A DNA stretch of 40,769 nucleotides from Vicugna vicugna (lineage: Eukaryota): NCBI GenBank assembly GCA_013265495.1, contig MU057796.1, positions 806,001 to 846,769 of the forward strand, written 5' to 3'. This document shows, in pieces, positions 26,690 through 39,120 of this stretch. The position numbers and the translations under genes were made by a program. The number at the start of each line of letters is the position of its first letter. Positions within the stretch are counted from its first letter, which is position 1. Under the pieces are notes generated by a model, which saw only the letters and a program-made list of their open reading frames with translations, was not told the origin of the DNA and did no database searches.

Positions 26690-26761
26690 GGTTCCAGTGG
26701 TCCAGAGTCTTTCACTGTCTACCACTACAATGGATTGAAGCAATCAAATTACAACGAAAAG
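26690..26761 (+). CDS. MINDY3: MINDY3 coding exon (72 nt): GSSGPESFTVYHYNGLKQSNYNEK
   Basis: Acceptor ttataatag, donor AAG|gtatga. Contains the YHYNGL motif typical of MINDY3. Confidence 0.96.
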
Positions 26762-27094
26762 GTATGAAACTCACATGTTAATTTGTCTTCACCTGAGTTG
26801 GTAGAATAATATGTAACAATGTTAGATGCCCAGAAAATTGCTACCTAAGGAACGAGTCTCTTTACCATCACAGCATATTTTAGAACTGGACTTAGTGGGG
26901 TCTTTATTGGAATTTTGGAGCCGCAGTTTCACTGTGACAGATAACTATCTATACACGTGTTGTTACCCTTGAGTGTGTAGCTGTTACTAAATCAAGGTTA
27001 GTCCCCTGAAAGTTACTGATCCATTTAAATGGAGAAGGGGGTAAAGAGTGAGATTCTTTATTTAGAAAAATATTTTTAAAGGACTTAAATTAAT

Positions 27095-27330
27095 ACCATA
27101 ATGGATAGTGAGCATTTACTTGGAATTGTCTTAAGCACTTTTTTGATCTGAAGTTTCACACCACCGCAAGAAGTAAGTATTGCCTCTATACCCCCATCTT
27201 ACAGTGGGGGAAACTGAGGCACAGAGAGAGAAGCAGCTTGCCAGCGTCAGGCAGCCAGGAAATGGCAGAGCTGGGTCTGAACCCAAGGTCGTCTCCCTCC
27301 GAGCCTGCGGCTCACCCACTGTGCTTTGCT
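27095..27330 (-). mobile_element. MIR SINE relic
   Basis: cccatcttacagtgggggaaactgaggcacagagagagaagcagcttgccagcgtca...ggcagagctgggtctgaacccaagg. Confidence 0.8.
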
Positions 27331-27879
27331 GCATTCCCTCCTGAGTCACTGACAAAGGCACCTCAGTGTTTCACTTCCAGGTGGACTCACCCGGTTTAAG
27401 TCAAAAGTTTGGCCTCACCAGTTCACCAGCTTTGATTAGTGAGCTTTGTCTACACATAAGATCTGCCTACTATGTTTGCATTTATTCCAGTGCCAGTCAA
27501 GTAGATATAGCTAATGTTAGAAGGAATAAGGCCTAATATGCCTTTTTAATGTGAAATACCCATGCTGGTTTTATAAGTATCTAAATTGAGGATGGCTCCA
27601 GAAAATAGATCATAATGTACATTAGATACATAATTTTAGAGAGAACCTGAGCCTGCAACTAAAATTGACTTCTATATTCATAACATGAATTAGAACTTTT
27701 ATTAAATTAGGTACAAAGATCTTTTCATAGGAAAGTAATTTATTGATATTTATAGCAAAAAATGTAAATAATAAGAAAACTCGTATGCTCCATCCTAATA
27801 TGTGTAAATGAGTGCTTCATCTAGACTTTGAAGTTTTACATAGCTTTGTAATAGAAAGTCCTTTATAGTCACTAATTAG

Positions 27880-28075
27880 TTACTTGCCTACACAATCCCT
27901 ACAAGGTAGGTGAGCCACATATTATCCGTATTTTACAGATGTGAGGCATCTGAGACAGGGAGAGTAGGTGACTCACCCAGGGTCACACAGCAGGACACTG
28001 GCAGAGCAGGGATTGGAGCGGAGTTCCTGGTTCCCAGTCCTGTCTTTGGTCTGCTTGACCACGTTGCCTGTGTAT
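27880..28075 (-). mobile_element. MIR SINE relic
   Basis: attttacagatgtgaggcatctgagacagggagag...tgactcacccagggtcacacagc...ggcagagcagggatt. Confidence 0.75.
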
Positions 28076-29821
28076 AGTAAGTCTTCAAATCATGCCCGTG
28101 ACAAGCGTCTGACATACTAACAAAAAAGATCAGAAGCCAAAGATGAACTATTGACGTGACAGTAGTGTGCAAGAACGATAAACCAAAGCATGGATGCCAT
28201 TGAGGTGCAGAAGTCTGACGTTATAAAGCTGCTCAGGAGCTAGGAGCACGGTAGACTGCACAGTAAGGGACTATTAAAAATATCTGAGGAAACGGACAAA
28301 ACGCAAGAGCTGGCCTTGTGGGAGGGACCGTGGTCCACCAAGCAGCACGGCTGAAGCCAGAGGTAGGAGGGTCAATGGCCTTCCACCCAAGCTGGTCTGT
28401 TCTGACACCATGGACAAATGACGTTCTTTGTGCAAAAGAGGTCCTGTCTTACTTGAATTGTGATAACTTGAGTTATGTTCTTCGTGGACAGTTTCTCAGA
28501 GAAGTTTTGCGTTGGAAAGTTGAAAAGCATGACTTGTAGTTTTAAAAGTAAATTGATTCCATCAAAACTAGAAAGTAATGTATTAAGCAAAATAAAGAGG
28601 CAAAAAAATGAAGTATTTCACAGTAAATTATGTCTTTAGAGTTTCGTAAAAAAGGAGTAGTTTATGAAAGCATATTACCTCACCTAGTAATAGAAAATAT
28701 TCTATTCCTATATTTAGTATGTTTTTAAGGAGACTCCAAATTACAGCTAATGAAGTTTCTTCTTTTGGCTCCTTGATCAAATACTTTATAGCTTTTATCT
28801 TAGAAAAACATAATTACAATCATGTGTATCAACCACTGAGTGTGTAAAAATCATTATACATCCTTTGGATGAAGGCAGTCTGTATCTCTTCTTTTTAAAT
28901 TACTCAATTAGAATTTCTCTTGATACAAAAGGAAATTACTGCTTGACTGCTTTAATGTACACAGTGAGCACTTATCATGACTTGGGATTTTAGTTTGTAT
29001 GTTACTTCATAGATAACTTCTAAAAGTTTTTTATTATAAATTAAAGAAATCAAAATAAACCTTTTTTCTGGTTATCTAACTGCCAGTGTATCTTTTAAAT
29101 GATCATTGCTGCTGCATATAAATTTACCCAGATGGTTTTATCTGTCAGCCTTTTTCTACTCTTTTATTTTTGTTTCTGTCCTTATATCCTTTAATTCTTT
29201 TTCTGTATGATTTTTCCTGCAGAGCAGAGTACATTCTAATACAATAATAGAAAATTTTGTTGACAAACATCCAATTTGCTTCCAGCTCTGAATTTCAACA
29301 CCCAAGTTGAAAGTAGAAAATAAAGTCGTTCCCAGGATATATATATCTGTTTCTGTTACCACTTTTTTATCTCATGAGGCAGCATGACTGGCTGAGTGCC
29401 TCAATATTAGAGCAGTAGGAACTATATAAATGTTATATAAATAAAACTTAAAATTTATTCCAAGTGGTATGTATTATTTGGAGAATGATTTTTCTTTTAT
29501 CAGAAACAGTATCTTCTATGGGATTCACATACTAAGTTTTTGTTTGTTTGCTTTTTTAATCATGATCTTAAAATCTAAAAATCAGCTGGTCAGCTAGTAG
29601 TTAAAACTGTTTCACCGTCCTGTTTCCAGGTTTATTGTCACACTAATCAGTAAGCAGATAATCTTGCTTATAATTTCTATCAAAATAAAATTAGATCTAA
29701 AGCTCCATGTATGTAAAATGACACACAGTGCCTTCTTTGGCAGCCTGTGAATGTTCTGTATCCTACCTAAGGCCGTGCTGAGAATACTGACTGACCTTGG
29801 TGGCTTTATTTTGTTCAACAG

Positions 29822-29971
29822 GTAATGTATGTGGAAGGAACTGCAGTTATTATGGGTTTTGAAGATTCCATGCTACAGACAGATGACACGCCTATTAAAC
29901 GCTGTCTCCAAACCAAATGGCCATACATCGAATTACTCTGGACCACAGACCGCTCTCCTTCACTAAACTGA
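29822..29971 (+). CDS. MINDY3: MINDY3 terminal coding exon: VMYVEGTAVIMGFEDSMLQTDDTPIKRCLQTKWPYIELLWTTDRSPSLN*
   Basis: Acceptor ttttgttcaacag, then 49 codons and TGA at 29969-29971. Matches the recalled MINDY3 C-terminus. Confidence 0.96.
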   Translation, partial: VMYVEGTAVIMGFEDSMLQTDDTPIKRCLQTKWPYIELLWTTDRSPSLN

Positions 29972-30800
29972 TCTGCCTGAGTATTTATAAGGAAGATTTT
30001 AATAGCAGATGTTGAAAGAGGGATGTAAGACTGGCGATTGGCTCAATTAAGTTATACACTGGTATCACTGACTAACTGTAAATAACAATTAAAAAAACAC
30101 ATTTTCAGTGTTTAAGATATGTTTAAATTATTTGTTTTAAAGCTTTATGTCAAAGGTTACCCTATTTAAATTCTATGTGAAATTTACTAGCAAAACTAAG
30201 CTGTAATCAATGTTCATCACTGTTGCAGTCAAATAATTTTGTCATTTATCAAGTTACAAACATTATATTACTATAGCATTTTTATATTGAGTATCAAAGT
30301 TACTATTTATAAACTACTTTGGGGTTTTGTTTCATTCAGGCACAGTCTATTGTTTAAATGATTCTGGCATGCAATATTAGCCTCCACGCTGAAATGCAGA
30401 TTTTTTCTTGGTTATTTCTTTTCTAAAATCTGGTTTCCATTAGAAATATTGATAACAAATCATCAGCCTGGATCTTTGACAACTGGCCTAGCTCTGGCAT
30501 GTTTATAAAAATTAGAAACAATAAGGGAACATTACCATTTATTCACAGATATTTAGAGGATGTATTTTAAAAAGTGATAGGAAAGAGAATCTGTTGGATA
30601 GTCTTAACACTGTTAACTTTTACTGTATTGCCAAATACACTTTTCCAAATTTGTCCCAACAGCCCTGTAAGCCAGCTTTCTTGTATATTTATAAATGTGA
30701 TAAATGCATGAGAACATCTGTTATTACACCAGTATATTGCATTATTTATTATGATCCTAGTGGATGGCCTAAATAAACTTTTTTTTTCTTTAACGAACTG
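29972..30800 (+). other. MINDY3: MINDY3 3' UTR (end approximate)
   Basis: AT-rich, repeat-free sequence after the stop, ending near AATAAA 30772-30777 followed by a T-rich tract. Confidence 0.7.
30772..30777 (+). terminator. Probable MINDY3 polyadenylation signal (a second AATAAA lies at 30830-30835)
   Basis: AATAAA about 800 nt after the stop, with downstream U/GU-rich sequence. Confidence 0.65.
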
Positions 30801-31550
30801 TGCCCTTTCATTTTACTTTCATGGCTCAAAATAAACAAATACTTTCAAGTGATTTTGCCCAGTTACCCTGAGAGAACCCAGTAAAAGCAAAGAACAAATG
30901 CCTACTGGACTCACACAACACCTGGAGAGGGAGACCACACCTTATAGTCACTTGGGACACTAATGTACTCAGATGGCCAGGAGCACCTGGGGGCAGCTGT
31001 CTCGATCAGAAGCCCCCATCCTGTTAATTTCTGAGAGAGATTTATTGTGTTCCAGTAGGATTGTTGTCAAGCAATTTGAAACGTGAAGATCCAGAAAATA
31101 CTTTTCTTTCCTTCACTAGAGAAGCAGACAAGATATCCTGTTAAGAATTTCAGAACTGAACTTTACCTTCAACAGTATAGTTGAACATACATTTCCTCTA
31201 TAATCTCTTGGAATTTTTTTCTATGTTTTATTTTTACATATATATTAACAATTATAATAAGTAGATTTCAGCATGGGAAAAAGGTAACACAAAATTTTAT
31301 GTATAACTTTTCATAGCACTGTGTTCAGGAGTGTTACTAGCTCCTACAATTACAGCTGTAAAATGTCAGTATTTCTGGTTAATCTTGGCTTGCAAGTCCT
31401 ACACCATCTGCACCACCACTACCCTTCTTAACTCATCTTACCCCACTCCCAACCCCATTTGTTCTCCCCTAACACAGCTGCTTCATTGCTTCCCTGGACA
31501 GTATCAAGAATGTCTCCACCTCAACCCCTTGGTACTTGTGATTCTTTCAA

Positions 31551-32470
31551 CCCCGAGCCCACATCTCCCCAATCCAGCATCATCTCCCAAAGCCCGCATC
31601 TTCTCCCCAAGCCCATGTCATCTCACAAAGCCTACATCATTTCTGCAAGCCCCTGTCGTCTCCCCGAGCCCATGTCATCTCCCTGAGCTGGCATCATATC
31701 TGGAGGCCACTTCATCTGTGCAGGCCTGTGTCATCTCACAGAGCCCACATCATCTTCCTGAGCCCGCGTTCTCTCCCAGAGCCGGCATCATCTCCCCAAG
31801 CACACATCATCTCCACAAGAATGCATAATCTCCAAAGTCCACATTCTCTCTCCAAGCATACGTCATCTCCGAAAGCAAACGTCATCTCCCAAATCCTGCG
31901 ATGTGTCCCTGAGTCCGCATTACCTCCCCGAGCCCAGTCACGTCCCTGAGCCCACATCTTGTCCGCAAGCCCATGTCGTCTTCCCAAGACTGCGTCATCT
32001 CCCCTGGTCTGAGACATCTGTCTGAGCCCACAACTCCCCGAGCCCTCTTTATCTTCCAGAGCCCACATCTTCTCAGGCCCACATTATGTGCCTGAGCCTG
32101 ATTCATCTCCCCAAGCCCACATCTCCCCAAACCCGCATCATCTCCCCAATCGACATAATCTCCCCATCCCACATTTCTCCAAGCCCACATTATGTCCCCA
32201 AGGCCGCCACATGTCCCCAGGCACACATCATCTACCTGAGCCCACAGCATGTCCCCAAGCCCACATCTCCTCAAGCCAACATAATCTTCCCAAGCCTACG
32301 TCATCTCCCCAAGCCCGTGTCATGTCCCCAAACCAGCATCAAGTCCCAGAGCCCACATCATGTCAGCAAGCCCACGTCATGTCCACAAGCCTGAAAAATG
32401 TCTGCAAGCCTGCGTCATCTACCCGAGCCTGCGTCATGTCTCAGAGCACACGTCATGTCCATGAGCCCAC
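31551..32470. repeat. Degenerate minisatellite, 19-bp unit ~(A/G)AGCCC(A/G)CATCATCTCCCC with 16-bp deletion variants; roughly 50 units
   Basis: Recurrent agccc...tcatctcccc periodicity read directly from the sequence. C-rich on the + strand. Confidence 0.92.
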
Positions 32471-33091
32471 AGTTGGCTCTTTTTCTAAAATATTTAGTAT
32501 ATTTATTTTGCCCATCCTTCCACTTTCAGCAGAGCGAGTCCCATCTTTTTGATAATTGTGTACTGCCCAGTGCACCCCCATTCTACTTTAGTGGGTGTTT
32601 TTTTCTCACTGCTGGCAGGGAAGTCAGTAATCTACAATTTTGATAGTTTTCCATGTTTAAGGTATTCCTCTGTCCTGATAACAGGAGCATCCAGAAACAC
32701 AAATTATGATGCAGACATATAAATGTCCTTTTCATGGGAGAGACTTCTGAGTCATCACTGAATGCTCTAGAAGCACAGTGATGGAGAGGGGTCCCCTGGC
32801 TCTGTATAGATCCTACCTGTAAAGCCCTCCTCTTGTCCCACAAGGAAAGTTATCCTTGTCATGGCCATTCCCACACACAGTGATGCTCAGTATTTGAACC
32901 AGCTAGAGGAGACTCAGCCACGTGACAAATATGCCAGCTTTTTCACCCCTAAAGTTCAATCTTCCCTAAAAGTGCTATCTTTTTTCCTCTCATCAGCACC
33001 GGCTTTGTGAGTTCTTTTTCCTACATAATAAAGCAGACCCCCAGGCAAATTCTGATATAGCCATTCAACTAAGTCTACATTCCTAGGAGTA

Positions 33092-33365
33092 TATAACCAG
33101 CCTCTGTATCCTTGGCTTCTGCATCTGCAGATACAACTAATCTTGGATCAAAAATATAACAACAACATAAAATTTCCAGAAAGTTCCAAAAAGCAAAACT
33201 TGAATTTCCCCCATGCTGGCAACTATTTACATAACATTTGCATCGTATCTGCAACTATTTACATAGTCTTTTATTGTATTAGGTATCATAAATAATCTAG
33301 AGGTGATTAAAAGCATAAGGAAGGATAGGTGTGTGCATTTGTGTGTTATGTGCAAATACTATGTA
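33092..33365. mobile_element. Tigger-family DNA transposon fragment (MER2-like)
   Basis: ctgtatccttggcttctgcatctgcagatacaactaa...caactatttacatag...tgtattaggtatcataaataatctagaggtgattaaaag. Confidence 0.75.
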
Positions 33366-34069
33366 AAAGCGCTTTGTAACTTCCCCTTACCCAGTCCTTT
33401 CCACATATCCCCTTTGTCAAATCTCAACTTTACAATGCCAAACAGCACTGTACATTTTTAAGCTAATTTGCCAGCTATTTTCATCATTCAGATTTGACAG
33501 GCCCAAATTTAAAAATTTAATTTCTGTCTCTGATGACATATTTAAAAAGTCAAAATATGGGGAGACGGTGGCTTTTCCAGTGCTTAGAAAATACCCCACA
33601 AAAGGAATGTCCTGATTCCCCCCACCCAGTCCACGTTTTTATATTCATATCCTGTGCGTGAAGACCTGGAATTGCAGGTGAAGGCTTTCAAGTCTCTGTA
33701 CTTATTTCCCAACGTGCTCTATTTGGTGATGTGTTTTTTTTTTTTCTAAACATTGAGCAATTGTCAGTCATCCCTATGTTTCACCAGCTCCCTGCTAATA
33801 AGTTATTTGCTGACATGCTGGTCTATTAAGTAATGGATGAAGAGAGTGCACAAGTTTGTGTTTTCAATTAGTCATGAAGAGCTTGAGAAAATTCCACAAA
33901 GGGTGGTGAGCAAAGGAAAACTTAATTAGTTCAAGTGAAACTGACTCAGACAATAATGCTCATTGGCTGACTCCAGGATCTGATTTTCTTGAGAACAGAT
34001 TTCCATGGCTGTTTCATCTGGGCTGACTTTTTTCTTTTTTCTAAAATCATGTTCAACTTTATTCTTCTT

Positions 34070-34225
34070 TAAGTTTTTTAAAACATTTTCATTGTGGTAT
34101 GATTCTTGCACAGTAAACTGCACATGTTTCAGATGTACACTTTGATGAATTTTGGCAGATGTATATATACCCCCGTGAAACCACCACCACAATCAAGATA
34201 GCTAACATTTCCACCACTCCCCAAG
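34070..34225 (-). mobile_element. Old L1 3' end (L1MB/MC-like)
   Basis: tgcacagtaaactgcacatgttt..gatgtacactttgatgaattttggcagatgtatatacccccgtgaaaccaccaccacaatcaagata..aacatttccaccactccc. Confidence 0.75.
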
Positions 34226-34229
34226 AGGG

Positions 34230-34640
34230 GCAATGTTCAAATTCCCAATTTAGCCCTTCCCACCCCCTTTCACCCCTGGTAACCGTAAGTTTGTTCTCTA
34301 TGTCTGTGAGTCTGTTTCTGTTTTGTAGATAAGTTCCTTTTTTTTTTTTCAGATTCCACATATGAGTGATATCATATGGTATTTTTCTTTCTCTTTCTGG
34401 CTTATTTCACTTAGAATGACTATCACCAGGTCAATCCATCTTGTTGCAAATGGCATTAATTTATTCTTTTTTACAGCTGAGTAGTATTCCATTGTAGATA
34501 TACACCTCATCTTCTTTATCCAGTCATCTGTCAGTGGGCATTTGGGTTATTTCCATGTCTTGGCTATTGTAAATAGTGCTTCTATGAACATTGGGGTGCA
34601 AGTGTCTTTTTGAATTACATTTTTCTCCAGATATATGCAT
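34230..34640 (-). mobile_element. Younger L1 3' UTR/ORF2-end fragment
   Basis: ggtaaccgtaagtttgttctctatgtctgtgagtctgtttctgttttgtagataagttc...gattccacatatgagtgatatc...ggctattgtaaatagtgct. Confidence 0.85.
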
Positions 34641-35544
34641 CTAAGCTCACTTTTGACTTTTAAATCACATTTGTGATTGTAGACTGTCCCAGGCCCCACC
34701 CTTCAGAGACAGAGCTGGTGTGGGTTTGGTGACAGAGAAGAGCATCCAGGCAGGAAAATCAGGCCCGGCTCAACAGGGGCTGTTCTCATGGTCAACGCCA
34801 ACAAGACTCCTAGGAGGAGGGAGAGAATGCCACTTGCAGCTAAGAAGATATAACAAGCTGATGGGAGCAGCTGAGAAGGCATAACAAGAGGATGGCAGAG
34901 CTGGTCCTAATCGGGATGTCAAAGTGCAGATCGGGCCTAGTTGGTGAAACAAAAAAAGAGGTCAGTGTGGGGCAGGTTGTGTCTATTTTGGATGCTGCCT
35001 GGGATGAAAGGTAATCTTCTACCCACACTGAAGTGACTTCAGGAGCCTTTAGTCAAGTGAGAATTATACTTTGTTTCAAAGGAAACTCTTCCCAATATCG
35101 CTGAAGCAGCAACTGCCTTGGCAAGTGAAAGTGTCTTAGGGCAGGTTGACAGGCGAAAACTTGAGGCTTAAGATATAAACTGTAACTAACATTTGCCTCA
35201 GCACCTTCCTGGGAAAGACACCTTGTCTGCGTTGGTTTTAAGTCCCCAAGACTAAATCCCACAATAGCTGCGTGGGTCTGCCCGGAGTCCCTTCTGTTGA
35301 AACACGGCTCTCAGAATAACAAGCTGCCCCTCTCCTCCTCCCCTTTTCCAGTAAGGAGTCAGCAGCGCTGAGGCCTTGGAGGGAAGAGGCGCAGAAGTCG
35401 TGGGCTGCGTGATGCAGTGGGGTCAGGAGACTGGTATCGTAGAGGGGGTGGAGCAAACAAGTCAATTCTGGCATTCGTGGAAGTCAGTTTTCTCACTATC
35501 AGACAAGGGATTTACAGAGACAGAAATCTGGAAAGCCATAAAGA

Positions 35545-35880
35545 AGTCAGGTGTTGAACTGGAATAGGAGTTACTGATGTCAACTCATGATCTTTAATAC
35601 GTACACACACATGAGAAGAGACGTGGAAACAGACGTTGCTCTGTGTGTGTATGTGCATGAAAATATATGTACACAGACACGTATACACATTTTTGCTAGC
35701 TGATTCTCTAATTGTGGGGCAGGGAAAATATAAGATGGGCATCTTTTAGGGCCAGAGTGTAAAAAAGTACTCAAGATAGTTAAATACACATACACACACA
35801 CATACACACAAAAACAGGATGGGGACATGTGAATGGGATATAGGAACCAAAGCCAAACTTAAAGAGCTCCCAGTGCCCAG
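35545..35880 (+). mobile_element. Old L1 3' UTR fragment (L1MC/MD-like)
   Basis: gctgattct..tggggcagggaaaatataagatg...gccagagtgtaa..aagtactca...aaagagctccca resembles L1MD 3' UTR. Confidence 0.5.
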
Positions 35881-35884
35881 AGAG

Positions 35885-36075
35885 ACCTTCCCTGACCTGC
35901 CTCTCACTTCCTATTACCCTCTGTTTTCTTTATAGCATGTGTCACTGACACTACACTATATATTTATTCATTTATTCTTCTCCCTAAAATGGAAGCTTTA
36001 TGTAAACAAGAACTTTGTCTTTTTCAGTCACTGCTGCATCCACAGCCCCTTAATAACTGCTGATATGTAGTTGGA
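35885..36075 (+). mobile_element. L2 3' relic
   Basis: agaccttccctgacc...ttctttatagca...ctaaaatggaagcttta..aaacaagaactttgtc..ttcagtcactgctgcatccacagccc. Confidence 0.65.
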
Positions 36076-38339
36076 GTACGTGGACACAGAAGAGCCCTTC
36101 GATAGAGTAATTTTAGAGGAACTCAAATCTAAAAGGAAACTTCAGTGGGGCAAGGATGGTTTTTTCCTTCTGTGAACCCCGAACCTAAATAAATGTCTCT
36201 GGCTGAGATGAATAATTGCCTAAATTGAAGAGAATCAGTGTGATTGGTCCTTAAAATGGATAATGGCTATTTTCCCCAGCTAATATCTGGCCTGAACTAT
36301 AAGTGGAGTGGACCCGAAAAGATCTCTTAGTGCAGCCAGTCTAATCCTGTGTCACATTGTTGAATTCCTTTGAAGAAATGAACTTGAAATCCCTCTGATA
36401 ATGCAGCCAGAACCCAGAGGAGAAGGAAAATGGGTGTGCCTGCCCTCTCCTCCCTCGTCTTTCACGTGGCAGAAAAATGCTCGTCCATCATAGTGTCCTT
36501 GGCCCCAGAACCCTCGGCAAGGCTCTCTTGGAAGCCATAGCTGTCATGACTCTAGGTGACATTAATTTGTTGTTGTTGCTTAAAAGAGTCAGTCTTGGGC
36601 AAAATTATCAGAAACCAGGAAAGCACAAATTATTACTTTACTGCCTAACACAAATAATATAGATCTCAGACTTCCATGTAGGTAAACCTAAAATCCAGAA
36701 ATTGGTCCTTATTACTTTTCCCCCATAGTAGTGGAGAAAGAATGATCCTCATTTTGGCAAACATGAGATCCAAGCTTTTTTGGTGGGGGGGTGGGAATGA
36801 TTCTCTTAAAAAGAAAGATTAAACTTGAACTTTCAAATCCCTCTCCTTGGATATTTCAGATCAAAGTTGTGAATGTGACTTATATTTAAGCTTATTTAAA
36901 TGCATACATATTTATTGAGTGTCTGCTATGGAAAATAGATTCCCTGGTAGGAATAGGTTATTAAGAGAGGGAAGAAAGCAAATAGATCCCCGATGGTAAC
37001 TGTATTCAGAGATGACATTTGATAACATCATAAACACTTAAAAATGGCGATTGCTTAAGGGACTGATATAAACCCATCTTTTGGATGTGATTAATCCAAA
37101 ATTCCTAATAACTAAGCCAGGTCTATTCTAAAGTTTAGTTTTGAAATTTCTTTGGGAAAAAAAATGTGTCAGTAAGCAAATTTGCAACATAAAAGGCAAA
37201 TGTAACAATATTTTTAACCTAGAGAGTAAAAGAATAATTTTTAAGGACTCCAGTGACATTCAGTAAGTAGAAACAAAAATGTCAGTTAACAACAACTCTC
37301 AACTATCCCTTAAAGCTGGTAGAGGAGGATCTACATTTTGGCAAGATACTTAGCGGTTTATTCAAGATAACATGCAACTTGCGAAAATCAAATGTTTTGG
37401 ATTTTTCAAAAATGTATTATTCGGATTTTTCCACTAATGTACCTGGTCTCTCCTTCCTGTGACTTTGGATAGATGAGTTGTTATCTGTGAAAAAGAAATT
37501 TTTTAACATTGAGTCTTTGAGAGACCAAATAACTAAGAACTTTCTGCAATAGGAAATTTCAGTTAGATAGCCGAGAGAATTCAACAGTGCAAAATGAAAT
37601 CCTGTTCTGCCATCTAGAGGACACACACTAGTGGCATAGAAAATGTTTTATCTTTAATGGCCCTTGAAGCTTAAAATAAAAAGATTTTCTGTCTAAAAAA
37701 CAGGCAGGGGTAAGGGAGTAGGTGTGCATTTTGCTCTATGACATTATGTCAGATTGGAGCACAGAGAAGAAAGTAACTTACTTTGTTTAGTTGTTGAAAA
37801 TAACTTACTTTTAAAAGCACTTAAACAAACAAACAAAACACTATGGATGAGATAGGCACCGAACTGAGGTCTTACACTTCACCAGATCTGCTTGGCCCCA
37901 TCTGGCCTCCAGGGCTGTGGCCACGTACAGTTGCAGAGCACCAGCCCCCACCACGTCCCCTAAGAACACTTTCCTTGCCATAGGAGGGCAACAGCACAGC
38001 CTCTGTTCCGCCGGCAGGTGGGTAACAAGAATTATTTGGGGCACTTTGGGGTTTGATCACACCAGACTCAATCAGTCAATCTTTCACATATTTCTCATAA
38101 TATTCTAACTTGACTGTCTCCAAGTGACTCATCCCAGAAGTTCACATCAATTCCTCCTATTGCCGGTACTCAGAGAACTTCCTAACTGAAAGGACAGTAA
38201 AGATAATCTACTTCAGTTTCTTCATTTTGCAGTAGAAGAAGCTGAGGTCGACAGATTCCATACTGTTTAAGATCACTAGTGGAATTTTCACTGTAACCTA
38301 TATTGCCTACTCTTAAAGCCAATTTTTTTTCCACTTTAT

Positions 38340-38480
38340 GTATCCATTCATTTAACAAATACTTAGTGTTTGCATACTATGGGCTAAGCATTGTGATAGG
38401 TACTGAGGGGGAAATGCCACATCAAAAAAAGAAAAAAGAAATTCCCTGTTCTCTAGAAGCTAACAGTCTGCTGGGGGTGA
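38340..38480 (-). mobile_element. L2 3'-end relic
   Basis: cattcatttaacaaatacttagtgtttgcatactatgggctaagcattgtgatagg...ccctgttctctagaagctaacagtct. Confidence 0.7.
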
Positions 38481-38899
38481 AAGTCATATAAAATTATAAA
38501 AGTACAAGGGACTAAAAAAATTTTAGTGGGAGCACAAAAAAGGAACAAAAAAGATTCGGTTTTGAAAGGAACCACTGTTTTTGTTTAGTTTTGCTTTTTG
38601 CTTGGTTTTTAAGCAGAGGAATTCAGAGTCTCTATTTAGCTCAGTCAGGCTATATAGCTGATTTCCCCCCAGAATGTGAAATCCTTCTTCAAGGCTCCTC
38701 TGAGCACAGGGTCTCTGTTCTGAAGCCAGACTCTCTTTGCTAGACCAGGGACTCCATTACGCCTGTGCCTCCCCTAACCGTCCCTTTCGGGCAAAGCACA
38801 GCTGCAGGGTTCCTTCACTCCTCCTTTAGTCTGCTGACAGGAGAGAAATGAAGCCAAAGCTAAAGTTCCTAGAGCCTTTTCCATTGATAGTTATCAGCT

Positions 38900-39120
38900 T
38901 TAGAACGACATGTATCTGTCTTGAATCCCGGCTCTGCAACTTAATAACTTTGTGAGTTTGGGCAGGTCACTTTCCTTCTCTGAGTCAGTTTCCTTACTAC
39001 AGAATAGGAATAAATAGATTTATCTTCATAAAATTGTTGTAGAAAAAAATGAGTTCATGTAATAGAGTGGTTAGCAAAGGGTCTGCTTGTGGAAGGCTCA
39101 AAATAAGAGATGTCATTGTT
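38900..39120 (+). mobile_element. MIR SINE relic
   Basis: ttgaatcccggctctgcaacttaataactttgtgagtttgggcaggtcactttccttctctgagtcagtttcctt. Confidence 0.75.

Noticed and set aside
31551..32470. CRISPR-like array
   Set aside because: Units are adjacent and degenerate with no unique spacers; the context is mammalian and there are no cas genes.
31331..32643. Overlapping Pro/Ser/His-rich ORFs of 100-165 aa
   Set aside because: By-products of a 19-bp (non-triplet) repeat. They are open in several frames on both strands, with no splice or start support.
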